Assembly: GCA_028704945.1 (NCBI GenBank)
Contig: JAQWEL010000003.1
Location: 8,037 to 72,036 of the forward strand
Direction of reading: 5' to 3'
DNA length: 64,000 nt
DNA from: Patescibacteria group bacterium
GTDB taxonomy: Bacteria > Patescibacteriota > Patescibacteriia > Patescibacteriales > Patescibacteriaceae
Shown here: one piece after another, positions 25,611 through 35,002 of the stretch
How the letters are laid out: every line of letters starts with the position of its first letter
Position numbering within the stretch: position 1 is the first letter of the stretch
Translations under genes and position numbers: made by a program
The notes under the pieces: generated by a model
The model's database searches: none
Seen by the model: only the letters and a program-made list of their open reading frames with translations
Told to the model about the DNA's origin: nothing

Positions 25611-27500
25611 ATGAGACGATTTACTGTAATCTTCGCCATATTAACCATGCTTTTGGTTAGTATTAATAGTGTTAATGGCCAATCCGCGTCCAATTTCTTG
25701 TTCTCTTTGGACAAGCCGGCCGACTGGAATTCGATGGCTAACCAGATTCAACTTGATCTGGAAGCCCAGTTAACCCAAACTGTCAGTGAATTTTCTTCAA
25801 CCGTATCCATTGTCTTAACCGGTGATGGGCAGTTGGAAAAATTCATTAATCCGCGTTTCCCGGCTGATAATGATTATGAATTAAACGATGCTTCTAAATG
25901 GAGTTTTGTTGATTCGGTGTTTATGTCGAACGCAAAAGATAGCGCTGTTTATCGCTTTAAAGCTACTGCTGAAAATCAAGATAATCCCGATGTTTTTTTT
26001 AAAGCAGCTGACAAAAAGGTGCTTTGGGAAAACTTTGTCAGATTATCTGTTATGCCGACTAACGGCAAATTGATTTTTGCTTTTTCTGATATAAAAGTCA
26101 GGACAAGTAAGAATGCTTCACCGATTGCGCTTGCTAATATGGCTTATGAGATTAATTTTGGAACAATCGGCTACTTTGATACGGTTGATATCGATATGAA
26201 ATTCGATTCTTCATGTTTCTATAACAACCCTGATTGGAAAACCGCACGAGTTATGCTTCTTTTGGGCGGAGCCGGCACCACCAGTATGGAATATGTCGTT
26301 AATACGCCAAGTAATATCAACTTGACTTACAACGAAGAAGCCTTTCTGGTTTTGCTTGATAGCGCTAACGGAAGAAAACGTTGGCAACTAACTTCGGTCC
26401 TCCCGACTTTTAACGCTTACGGTTACGGCTTGATGGGCGGTATAGACTTTACGATTGATACGGCTAATAAAACTGGCGATACGATTTTTTTGGAAAGCTT
26501 GAAAGCGGTCAGATTCAACGGCAATCCGTTTGAGAAAAAATTAACTTCAAGCTTGGCAATTAAATATCCAGCCAAAAAAATATGGGAAGACAGCTTGGAC
26601 ATCAGACTATATGATCAAGGTTTTGATACGACAGATATCCGCCAGAATAAGTCTGCCAAATTATTTGTCGGATTAACCTCGACTCGAGCAGTGGCAACAG
26701 CTGATAGCGTCAAATTTTTCTTAAGGTTTGACAAACATTATTTCAGGCTTAACTCGACATCCCGGCCGGATAATTTTTATCCCAACTTTGAAGTTGAAAA
26801 GATTTCGGAAGATGATTTATCAGTTACTTATGCTATCAGCCTTAGACACGGCGGCTTGATATCAAATGAATGGCACGACGTCGGTTTAATTGATTTCGAT
26901 GTGATTGATATTCCTAATTTCGAGACAATAATCGAACTTTCCGAGCTTGAAGTTTGGCGTAATAATCAAGAATTCGGTTTTAAGAGCATTAAATCATTCG
27001 GTTTTGACGGTAAAAAAGAAGCCTACGACAAAAATTATTTTTTAAAAGGCGATGTCAATCAGCAGTTCGGCGACAATGACCTTACTTATGCCGATCTCGA
27101 TTCTTTGGATAGTTATCTGTCTCGAGGAATATTAGATGCCACCGCTTATATTCGTTGGGCGCTTGATATGAACATTGACGGCATCGTTAATTGGTTAGAT
27201 CGAAATATGCTTGATAGTCTTCTTAAATTGAAATATACAAGCGTTAATGAAATCTCGGCTCAGACTGTACTCGTCTATCCTATGCCGGCTTATCAAACCG
27301 TTAATCTACAATTACCCCAAGACTTGATAATCAATGAAATAAAAATTGTTGATTTATCAGGCAACCTAGTAAAAGTAATTTGGCAACAGGATAATGGAAA
27401 CATTATTCTTGATCTGCAAGATTGCCCAGCCGGCGTTTACAACTTACAAATCAGGGATATTCAAAACAGACTCATACAAGGCAAATTTATCAAGAATTAA
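25611..27500 (+). CDS. secreted protein with dockerin-like repeats and a T9SS-type C-terminal sorting-domain-like tail
   Basis: Signal peptide MRRFTVIFAILTMLLVSINSVNGQ. Ca-binding dockerin-like GDVNQQFGDNDLTYADLDSL and LDMNIDGIVNWLDRNMLDSLL. The C-terminus VLVYPMPAYQTVNLQL...IKIVDLSGNLV...CPAGVYNLQI...GKFIKN matches the T9SS CTD pattern. Confidence 0.75.
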   Translation: MRRFTVIFAILTMLLVSINSVNGQSASNFLFSLDKPADWNSMANQIQLDLEAQLTQTVSEFSSTVSIVLTGDGQLEKFINPRFPADNDYELNDASKWSFVDSVFMSNAKDSAVYRFKATAENQDNPDVFFKAADKKVLWENFVRLSVMPTNGKLIFAFSDIKVRTSKNASPIALANMAYEINFGTIGYFDTVDIDMKFDSSCFYNNPDWKTARVMLLLGGAGTTSMEYVVNTPSNINLTYNEEAFLVLLDSANGRKRWQLTSVLPTFNAYGYGLMGGIDFTIDTANKTGDTIFLESLKAVRFNGNPFEKKLTSSLAIKYPAKKIWEDSLDIRLYDQGFDTTDIRQNKSAKLFVGLTSTRAVATADSVKFFLRFDKHYFRLNSTSRPDNFYPNFEVEKISEDDLSVTYAISLRHGGLISNEWHDVGLIDFDVIDIPNFETIIELSELEVWRNNQEFGFKSIKSFGFDGKKEAYDKNYFLKGDVNQQFGDNDLTYADLDSLDSYLSRGILDATAYIRWALDMNIDGIVNWLDRNMLDSLLKLKYTSVNEISAQTVLVYPMPAYQTVNLQLPQDLIINEIKIVDLSGNLVKVIWQQDNGNIILDLQDCPAGVYNLQIRDIQNRLIQGKFIKN

Positions 27501-27590
27501 TTTTCTAATAACTTTACCAAAGCGGACTATTTTTAAAGGTAGCCCGCTTTTTTATATTAAATTTTGTTATTTTTAAAATATAGGTAAAGC

Positions 27591-27619
27591 TTGACAAAAT
27601 GGTCTTTTGTCTATATATT
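27591..27619 (+). promoter_or_regulatory. sigma70-type promoter for 27699..28511
   Basis: TTGACA 27591-27596, a 17-nt spacer, then TATATT 27614-27619. Confidence 0.45.
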
Positions 27620-27698
27620 ATAATTTCTTAGTGTTCTTTTAAAATTAGCCAATACATAACACAACGTTATCATTTTTAAACTAATCATAGGGGTTTTC

Positions 27699-28511
27699 AT
27701 GAAAAAGTTCTTTGTCTTGTTGGTATTTTTTAGCTTTATGGCTTCTTTTGCCTTAGCTCAAGATTTAACGCTTGAGTTTAAGCAAGGTTATCCCATGAGT
27801 CCAGATACTAAAAAATATCCAGAATTCAGGATTGATATTTTTGGCGCAGGCTCTAAAAAAATAAATAATTTAGAGTTTAACGTCGAATATTCATCCGTCA
27901 ACACGCTTGATTTTGAATTCTACGCTTCGGGCACTCGCTATAAAGATAATAGTGACGCTAAAGATAAGTGGTGGACTAATAATCCTCCGCCGTTTTCGGA
28001 AAAAGCAACTACTAAACATAAAGCGTATGTAAATTTCCGAGTTGGCTTAGGCGATCCGGTTGATGTCTCGACCCGTTTTAAATTTCTGGAATTATATTTT
28101 CATTTTAACAAAGATACATACTATAAGTATGGTGATGTTATTGTGATTAAGATTAATGGTATCAAAGTAAAATTCGGTGATGGCTCTCAAGCTAATTTAC
28201 CCGATCAAGAAGTCAGATTAGTCTTTGATGTTATTAATGATGTCGTTGAATTATCTGATTTAGGCATTAAGCCTTTTGCCAGTGTTGTTTCCGACTACAT
28301 TGCAACCGATATCAAGCTAATTGATTTTTCGGAACTCGATATATTCATCTGTGATTTACTTGGTAATATTGTTTGTCGGCAGAAAGAAATTTGTTATACT
28401 GGAAATAATCCGATAAAAATTGATTTAAGCAATTTAACTGTCGGCCATTATTTAATCCAATTTAAGCTTGGACAAAAGATTGCTAATACCAAATTTATTA
28501 TCCGCCGATAA
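27699..28511 (+). CDS. secreted protein with a T9SS-type C-terminal sorting-domain-like tail
   Basis: Signal peptide MKKFFVLLVFFSFMASFALAQ. The C-terminus reads ...LDIFICDLLGNIVCRQK...IKIDLSNLTVGHYLIQFKLGQKIANTKFIIRR. Confidence 0.7.
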   Translation: MKKFFVLLVFFSFMASFALAQDLTLEFKQGYPMSPDTKKYPEFRIDIFGAGSKKINNLEFNVEYSSVNTLDFEFYASGTRYKDNSDAKDKWWTNNPPPFSEKATTKHKAYVNFRVGLGDPVDVSTRFKFLELYFHFNKDTYYKYGDVIVIKINGIKVKFGDGSQANLPDQEVRLVFDVINDVVELSDLGIKPFASVVSDYIATDIKLIDFSELDIFICDLLGNIVCRQKEICYTGNNPIKIDLSNLTVGHYLIQFKLGQKIANTKFIIRR

Positions 28512-28633
28512 GTTTTAAAGAAATTGGCTATGCTAAAAACCCGCGTCATATTATAGATGCGGGTTTTATTTTTAGTCTATCTATCAAACGCCGGATTAAT
28601 TTACTTTTATAACAGTTATGGTAGAATATAGCT

Positions 28634-30676
28634 ATGAATTTTAATATAAATAGTCGATTACGGCGCTTATATTTTTTTGGCTTAAGTTTAATGATTTTAA
28701 GCAGTTTTGTGGCGCCGGTCGCCCTGGCGGTTATTCCCAATGATCCTTTATTTGCTAATCAATGGTATTTAAAGAGAATAAGAGCTAATTGGGCTTGGGA
28801 TGAGTATCGAGAAAGCCCTGATGTTATTATAGCGGTAATTGATTCCGGCGTTGACATAAATCATCCTGATTTGGCTGAGAATGTTTGGAAAAATACTAAA
28901 GAAATACCAAATAATAAAATTGATGATGATAAAAACGGTTATATCGATGATGTTAACGGTTGGGATTTTGTTAATAATGTTTTTGATCCCATGCCGAAAT
29001 TTAAAAAAGGTTTTGATGAAAACGCTGTCGGCCATGGTACTTTAGTGGCTGGAATTATCGCAGCTCAAGGTAATAATAATATCGGCATTACTGGCGTTAC
29101 TTGGAAAGGTAAGATTATGGCCTTAAAGGCGATTGATGATAGGGGTGATGGGGATAGTAAAAATATTGTTAAAGCTGTTAATTATGCGGTTGATAATGGA
29201 GCTAACGTCATTAACGTAAGCTTTGTTGGTGCGGGCTACAATAAAGATTTGGAAAAAGCTATCCAAAGAGCTTATGACGCCGGTGTAATCGTGGTGGCGG
29301 CTGGAGGCAATGAAGGACATGGTCAAGATTTGGATAAAAAACCGATGTATCCGGTTTGTTTGGGTGATAAAAATAAAAATAATATCGTCATCGGTGTAGC
29401 GGCGACCGGTCCGCAAGACGAAAAAGCTGATTTTTCCGGTTTTGGTTCAAAATGTATTGATATAGCGGCACCTGGCATCAGTATTATGGGTGCTACTATC
29501 TTTTCTGAAAAATATGGCGTCAGTGGACAGCGATTTGATAAATATTTTGACGGTTATTGGTCCGGCACCTCACTGGCGGCGCCGATGGTTTCAGGCGCTA
29601 TTGCCTTGATTGAACAAGCTAACCCTGGACTAAAGCCAAAGGAAGTTATTGATGTTTTATTATCAAGCACAGAAGAAATAAATTCTAAAAATCCTGGCTA
29701 TGAGGGCAAGCTTGGTATTGGCCGGTTGGACGTTGAAGAAGCTGTTTTAAAAGCAAAAATGAGAAAAAATATTTTGCGTTTTAATGTGGCGGTAGCTAAT
29801 TATCCTGAGCCAGGTATAGTAAAAATTATTAATCAGGACGGAACCTTCGGTAAAGAATTTAGCACAGGAAATTCTTTGATTAATTTAGCTGTCGGTGATG
29901 TTAATAAAGACGGTTCAAGCGAACTGATTGTTGCGCCAATGGGAGCTGGACGCCCAGAAGTCAAAATTTATAACGCTGACGGAAAATTATTAAAAAAATT
30001 ATTAGTTTTTTCGCCTAATTGGCGTTATGGTGTTAATTTGGCGGCTGGCGATTTAAATGATGATGACAAGGCTGAGATTGCCGTAGCTGGTGGAGCCGGC
30101 GCTAATTCCGAAATTAAGATTTTTAGTTTTGAAGGAAAATTATTAAAAAAAATAGTCGCTTTCCCGACGCCTTTTAATAAGGGTGTTAATATTTCTATCG
30201 GTGATATTGATAGTAATGGCACGCTTGAATTGGCAGCCATCCCGGCTTCAAATGCCAACGCTCAAGTTAGAATATTTAATTTTTCTGGTAAAGTCTTAAC
30301 TCAGTTTATGACTTATGATAAGAATACTAAAGGAGGCTTTAATGTTGAGGTTCCTAATGTTTATTCAAGCATTAAGAGGAGCGGACAGATAATTGTTAGC
30401 CCGCTTGACGGTATTGATTCTTATGTTAAGATTTTTGATAATCGTGGACGTTTGGTTAGACGTTTTGCCGCCCTAAGCCAAAATTATAATGGCGGTATTA
30501 ATTTTTCTTCTGGTGACTTGGATTATGATGGAGAGCCAGAATTAGTGATTAGCGGCGGTAAAAATATTCCTTATATCTCTATCTATGAAGCTAGCGGTTT
30601 AATGAGGAAAACCTTGTCTTTGGGCAAAAGTAAAAGCAAATATTCGATTAAAACCGCAATAATGTATTTTAAATAA
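28634..30676 (+). CDS. secreted subtilisin-family (S8) serine protease fused to FG-GAP/VCBS-like repeats
   Basis: Catalytic triad contexts VIDSGVDINHPDL (D), GHGTLVAGIIAA (H) and GTSLAAPMVSGA (S). At least four C-terminal repeats are of the type GDVNKDGSSELIV / GDLNDDDKAEIAV / GDIDSNGTLELAA / GDLDYDGEPELVI. Confidence 0.9.
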   Translation: MNFNINSRLRRLYFFGLSLMILSSFVAPVALAVIPNDPLFANQWYLKRIRANWAWDEYRESPDVIIAVIDSGVDINHPDLAENVWKNTKEIPNNKIDDDKNGYIDDVNGWDFVNNVFDPMPKFKKGFDENAVGHGTLVAGIIAAQGNNNIGITGVTWKGKIMALKAIDDRGDGDSKNIVKAVNYAVDNGANVINVSFVGAGYNKDLEKAIQRAYDAGVIVVAAGGNEGHGQDLDKKPMYPVCLGDKNKNNIVIGVAATGPQDEKADFSGFGSKCIDIAAPGISIMGATIFSEKYGVSGQRFDKYFDGYWSGTSLAAPMVSGAIALIEQANPGLKPKEVIDVLLSSTEEINSKNPGYEGKLGIGRLDVEEAVLKAKMRKNILRFNVAVANYPEPGIVKIINQDGTFGKEFSTGNSLINLAVGDVNKDGSSELIVAPMGAGRPEVKIYNADGKLLKKLLVFSPNWRYGVNLAAGDLNDDDKAEIAVAGGAGANSEIKIFSFEGKLLKKIVAFPTPFNKGVNISIGDIDSNGTLELAAIPASNANAQVRIFNFSGKVLTQFMTYDKNTKGGFNVEVPNVYSSIKRSGQIIVSPLDGIDSYVKIFDNRGRLVRRFAALSQNYNGGINFSSGDLDYDGEPELVISGGKNIPYISIYEASGLMRKTLSLGKSKSKYSIKTAIMYFK

Positions 30677-30680
30677 AAAT

Positions 30681-31706
30681 ATGACAGCCAAATTAATTTT
30701 TAACCAAAAAAATGTTTTGATTATCGGCGGAGCCGGATTTATCGGATCACACTTGGCTGATCGCCTAGTTGATGAATGTAAGATAATTTGTGTCGATAAT
30801 TTTTCTTCAGGCACCGAAGAAAATATAGACCATCTTTTAGCTCATCCTAATTTTAAATTTATTAAGCACGACATGTCATTACCCTTGAATTTAGAAGATT
30901 TTACCGAGCTTGAAGATTTTAGAATTGAATTCCAAGGCGTGCAAGAGATTTATAATTTAGCTTGTCCTACTTCGCCTAAATATTTTGATAAAAACAAATT
31001 AGCTAATGTTTTAGTCAATTCTTATGTTGTTAAAAATGCTCTTGATTTAGCCTTAAGATATTCAGCTAAGCTAATACATTTTTCATCAAGCGTTGTTTAT
31101 GGCAAGCGGGAGGATAATTTTAAGCGTATTAAAGAAAGCGATATCGGATTAATCGACCATCTATCAGAAAGAGCCAGTTATGACGAGGGCAAGCGTTTTG
31201 CTGAAACAATGGTCAAGACTTATCGAGAAATTTATAAAGTAGACGCTAAAATTATTCGCTTATTCAGGGTTTATGGTTCAAGAATGAGTATGGGTGAGGG
31301 CCATATGATACCAGATTTTATTGAAGCCGCTCTAGACAATAAAGATTTAATCATTTATGGTGACAAAAGTTTTTCCACCAGCCTTTGCTATATTGACGAT
31401 TGTTTGAGTGGAATTTTAAAAGTAATGGAAACTGATTTATTCGGACCATTTAATATCGGTTCTGATATTGATTTAAAAATAGTAGATGTGGCAGAAAAAA
31501 TAATTGCCGAGACTAATTCGAGTTCTAAAATTTTATTTGAAAAACAATTAATGTTTATGACTCAATTGCCTTTGCCTGATATAGGTTTGGCTAGGGAGGT
31601 TTTAGCTTGGATGCCGTTAACAACACTTGAAAACGGTTTGAAAAAAACCATTGTCGATATACAAGCTAATCGTAACATTAGAAGTTTGTCTGATGCTAAT
31701 TATTAA
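30681..31706 (+). CDS. NAD-dependent sugar-nucleotide epimerase/dehydratase (UDP-glucuronate decarboxylase-like SDR)
   Basis: VLIIGGAGFIGSHLADRL Rossmann motif and YDEGKRFAE (YxxxK). Confidence 0.85.
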   Translation: MTAKLIFNQKNVLIIGGAGFIGSHLADRLVDECKIICVDNFSSGTEENIDHLLAHPNFKFIKHDMSLPLNLEDFTELEDFRIEFQGVQEIYNLACPTSPKYFDKNKLANVLVNSYVVKNALDLALRYSAKLIHFSSSVVYGKREDNFKRIKESDIGLIDHLSERASYDEGKRFAETMVKTYREIYKVDAKIIRLFRVYGSRMSMGEGHMIPDFIEAALDNKDLIIYGDKSFSTSLCYIDDCLSGILKVMETDLFGPFNIGSDIDLKIVDVAEKIIAETNSSSKILFEKQLMFMTQLPLPDIGLAREVLAWMPLTTLENGLKKTIVDIQANRNIRSLSDANY

Positions 31707-31709
31707 AAT

Positions 31710-32372
31710 ATGAAAGTATTTGTCGTTATCCCGGCTTTCAACGAGGAGGGTGAAATAGCTGGAGTGGTTAGGGAAGTTTTGCCTTTAATAGATAAAATAG
31801 TTGTTGTTGATGATTGTTCAAAAGACAAAACTAAAGAAGTGGCCAGTGAAGCTGGAGCAGTCGTTTTAAGACATTCAGTTAATCGGGGACAAGGTGCTGC
31901 CTTGCGTTTGGGTACGAGATGGTCTTTGCAAAATGGAGCTGATATCATCGTGCATTTTGATGCTGATGGCCAATTCCGGCCGATAGATATCCCTCGAGTG
32001 ACAGCTCCGCTGATTGCGGGAGAAGCAGATGTGGTTTTTGGTTCTCGTTTCTTAGACAACACGACCCAAATGCCGTCTTTTAAAAAGAAAGTTATTATGC
32101 CTTTGGCGCGTTTTGTTAATTTTTTCTTTTTGAGAGTAAAATTAACAGATCCGCAAAGCGGTTTTAGAGCTTTTACTAAAGAAGTCGGTTTAAAATTACA
32201 CTGGCGACAAGACCGAATGGCTCATTGTTCGGAAATATTGTCGTTAGTTGCTAAGGGCGGCTGGCGGATTAAAGAAGTTCCTATCACAGTTATTTATAAA
32301 GATTTTGGACAGAGTATTTTTGGCGGGTTTAAGATTATTAAAGATTTGTTTATTAAGAAATTAACTAAATAA
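31710..32372 (+). CDS. family 2 glycosyltransferase (polyprenyl-phosphate sugar synthase-like)
   Basis: VVIPAFNEE, VVVDDCSKDKT, DADGQF and QSGFRAF motifs. Confidence 0.85.
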   Translation: MKVFVVIPAFNEEGEIAGVVREVLPLIDKIVVVDDCSKDKTKEVASEAGAVVLRHSVNRGQGAALRLGTRWSLQNGADIIVHFDADGQFRPIDIPRVTAPLIAGEADVVFGSRFLDNTTQMPSFKKKVIMPLARFVNFFFLRVKLTDPQSGFRAFTKEVGLKLHWRQDRMAHCSEILSLVAKGGWRIKEVPITVIYKDFGQSIFGGFKIIKDLFIKKLTK

Positions 32373-32376
32373 AAAT

Positions 32377-32706
32377 ATGCCTCAGATTGTTATCGCCTTA
32401 TTAATTATTTTTTATTTTTTAGCTAAATTATTTTGGCAGAATAAAAAAAGAAAAATATCAAGAAATGAATTTCTTTTTTGGTTATTCTTTTGGCTGGTTG
32501 CCTTGGGAATTATTTTATTCTTAAAACCGCTTGATCAGCTTGTTTTAGCGCTTGGTTTTTCAGCCTCGGCTATACAAGTATTGCTTTACATCAGTGTCGC
32601 GGCTCTTTTTTATTTTATTTTTAGTATTCGTTTACGGTTGGAAAAAATGGATGAAAATATCACCAAGCTAACCGAAGATGTGGCCATTAATCAAGCTAAA
32701 AAATAA
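32377..32706 (+). CDS. small membrane protein (DUF2304-like GT2 partner)
   Basis: 109 aa with 3 TM helices, immediately after the GT2 gene, as commonly seen for this partner family. Confidence 0.5.
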   Translation: MPQIVIALLIIFYFLAKLFWQNKKRKISRNEFLFWLFFWLVALGIILFLKPLDQLVLALGFSASAIQVLLYISVAALFYFIFSIRLRLEKMDENITKLTEDVAINQAKK

Positions 32707-32712
32707 TCAGCT

Positions 32713-33855
32713 ATGAAAATCGCCCATGTTATATGCACCTTTCCTCCTTATAAGGGCGGTATGGGCAATAGCGCTTTAAATTTTGCTTTATATACGGCTA
32801 AATTAAAGCATAATATAACTATAATTACGCCGGAATATAATCGCCCGACTGATTTTTCTTTTTTTGAAAACATCATTAAGGTTAATAGAATTAATCCAGT
32901 TTTTGCTTATGGTAATGCAGCTGTTTTGCCTGTAAAGAAAATTGATTGGGATCAATTTGATATCGTGCATCTGCATTATCCTTTTTATGGCACCGCCGAG
33001 CAGATAGCTCGTTTGAAAAGGAGTGGCGCTAAGTTTAAATTAATCGTCCATTATCATATGGATACCCATTCTGGCGGCTGGAAAGGAATTGTTTTTAATA
33101 TTTATAAAAGATTATATTTAAAATATATTCTAAATAGCGCCGATGTCGTCACAGCCGCTTCCTTGGACTATATTAAACATGGCGATATTGCTGATTATTA
33201 CAATCAGCATCAACATAAGTTTATTCAAGTGCCGTTTGGAGTTGACGCCTCGCGTTTTTCTCCTAAAGCTGATAATGATAAAAAACAAATCTTATTTGTC
33301 GGTGGCTTAGATAAGGCGCATTATTTTAAAGGAGTCACTGTTTTATTAAAAGCTTTTGCCGCTTCAATTAATAAGCTACCAGAATATAAGTTAATCATTG
33401 TCGGTAAGGGGAATTTGCTGGACGATTATAAGAATCTATCGCAAAAATTAGGTTTAGGAGATAGGGTAATTTTTGAAAACAAAGTGGATGATGAAAAATT
33501 GGCTGAGATTTATCAAGAAAGTTCTTTCTTGGTTTTGCCGTCCATTAACACCAGTGAAGCTTTCGGTTTGGTTTTGTTGGAGGCTATGGCTAGCGGTTTG
33601 CCGGTTATTGCTTCTAATCTGCCAGGAGTTAGAAGTGTTTTTAAGAATGCGGAACATGGTTATGTAGTCAAACCTGGCGATATTGATGACTTGGCTAAAA
33701 AAATGCAGCTGTTAGTTTCTGATCAAAAAAGATTTCAGCAGATGAAAATTAATTGTCGACAATTAGTCGAAGATAGATACACTTGGGAGAGCGCCGCCAA
33801 GAAATTGAACGAGCTTTATTATCGCATTAAATACGCGCCTATTATTGAAGATTAA
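32713..33855 (+). CDS. family 4 (GT-B) glycosyltransferase
   Basis: PPYKGGMGN N-terminus and the EAFGLVLLEAMASGLPVIASN E-x7-E region. Confidence 0.85.
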   Translation: MKIAHVICTFPPYKGGMGNSALNFALYTAKLKHNITIITPEYNRPTDFSFFENIIKVNRINPVFAYGNAAVLPVKKIDWDQFDIVHLHYPFYGTAEQIARLKRSGAKFKLIVHYHMDTHSGGWKGIVFNIYKRLYLKYILNSADVVTAASLDYIKHGDIADYYNQHQHKFIQVPFGVDASRFSPKADNDKKQILFVGGLDKAHYFKGVTVLLKAFAASINKLPEYKLIIVGKGNLLDDYKNLSQKLGLGDRVIFENKVDDEKLAEIYQESSFLVLPSINTSEAFGLVLLEAMASGLPVIASNLPGVRSVFKNAEHGYVVKPGDIDDLAKKMQLLVSDQKRFQQMKINCRQLVEDRYTWESAAKKLNELYYRIKYAPIIED

Positions 33856-33856
33856 T

Positions 33857-35002
33857 ATGAAAATTTGTTTTATCCATAATTTATACGCTCCTTATGCCAG
33901 AGGTGGAGCTGAAAAAGTAGTGGTGCGAGCCGCCGCCGCCGCTTTAGCTGAGGGACACAACGCTTTTGTTATTACCTCTGCGCCTGAAAAAGATGTAAAA
34001 ACTATTGATGGAGTCAAGGTTTATTATATTAAAACTGGTTATTATAATTTAGGTCGATATCCTTTGCCCTTAAGATTGATTTGGCATTTTTTTAATGTTT
34101 ACAATCTATCAGTTTATTGTGAATGTAAGATTATTTTTAATTTAGAGAAACCAGATCTAATAGTTAGTAATAATTTACTGGGACTTGGTTATTTAATTTG
34201 GCTGGCTGCGGCTAAAAAGGGGATACGCTTAGTTCATATCTTGCATGATGTGCAAATGCTTTATCCCAGTGGTTTAATCTATTTGGATACAGCTAAAAAT
34301 ATTGATGCGTTTAGCGCGAAGATGTGGCAATGTTTAACTAAAAAATTTACTAAGCAGGTTGGTTTTGTTGCCTCTCCTTCAAAGTGGCTTTTGGAATGGC
34401 ACTTAGCTCGAGGTTTTTTTAAGGGCGCTAAACAGAGTGTAATTGCTAATCCCGTGCCAAAGTTTTCTGGCGTTAAACGACAAGCTAAGACTGGTAGTCA
34501 GATTAATTTGTTATATATCGGTCAATTAGAAAAGCATAAAGGAGTTGATGTTCTACTTGATGCTTATGAAATTTTATTGAAAGAAAGTCCTGATAAGTAT
34601 AAATTAACTATCGCTGGCGCTGGTTCGCTTGAAAAAAGGATTAATGACGAACTTACCAAAAAACCCATTAACTTTTTAGGTAATTTATCGACAAAGGAAG
34701 TGAGTCAAGCGATGTCGGAATCAGACTTGCTGATTGTGCCTTCAATTTGCTATGAAAATTCTCCTTTAGTTATATCCGAAGCGTTTTCTGTCGGTTTGCC
34801 GGTTATTGGCAGCCGTTTAGGCGGTGTCGCTGAAGTATTAACTGATGATTGCTTGTTTATTCCGGGTGATGCTCTGGATTTAGCCAAAACAATAAGACGC
34901 TCAACTGAAAATAGCCAAGCGCCTCAAGCGGAAAATTATATTAGAACCGAAAAAGATTATTTAAAAGATTTATTATCTTTTGCCGGATTAGAGAAGTCAT
35001 AA
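33857..35002 (+). CDS. family 4 (GT-B) glycosyltransferase
   Basis: YAPYARGGAEKVV N-terminus and ENSPLVISEAFSVGLPVIGSRLGG. ATG at 33857 is preferred over the TTG at 33845. Confidence 0.8.
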   Translation: MKICFIHNLYAPYARGGAEKVVVRAAAAALAEGHNAFVITSAPEKDVKTIDGVKVYYIKTGYYNLGRYPLPLRLIWHFFNVYNLSVYCECKIIFNLEKPDLIVSNNLLGLGYLIWLAAAKKGIRLVHILHDVQMLYPSGLIYLDTAKNIDAFSAKMWQCLTKKFTKQVGFVASPSKWLLEWHLARGFFKGAKQSVIANPVPKFSGVKRQAKTGSQINLLYIGQLEKHKGVDVLLDAYEILLKESPDKYKLTIAGAGSLEKRINDELTKKPINFLGNLSTKEVSQAMSESDLLIVPSICYENSPLVISEAFSVGLPVIGSRLGGVAEVLTDDCLFIPGDALDLAKTIRRSTENSQAPQAENYIRTEKDYLKDLLSFAGLEKS

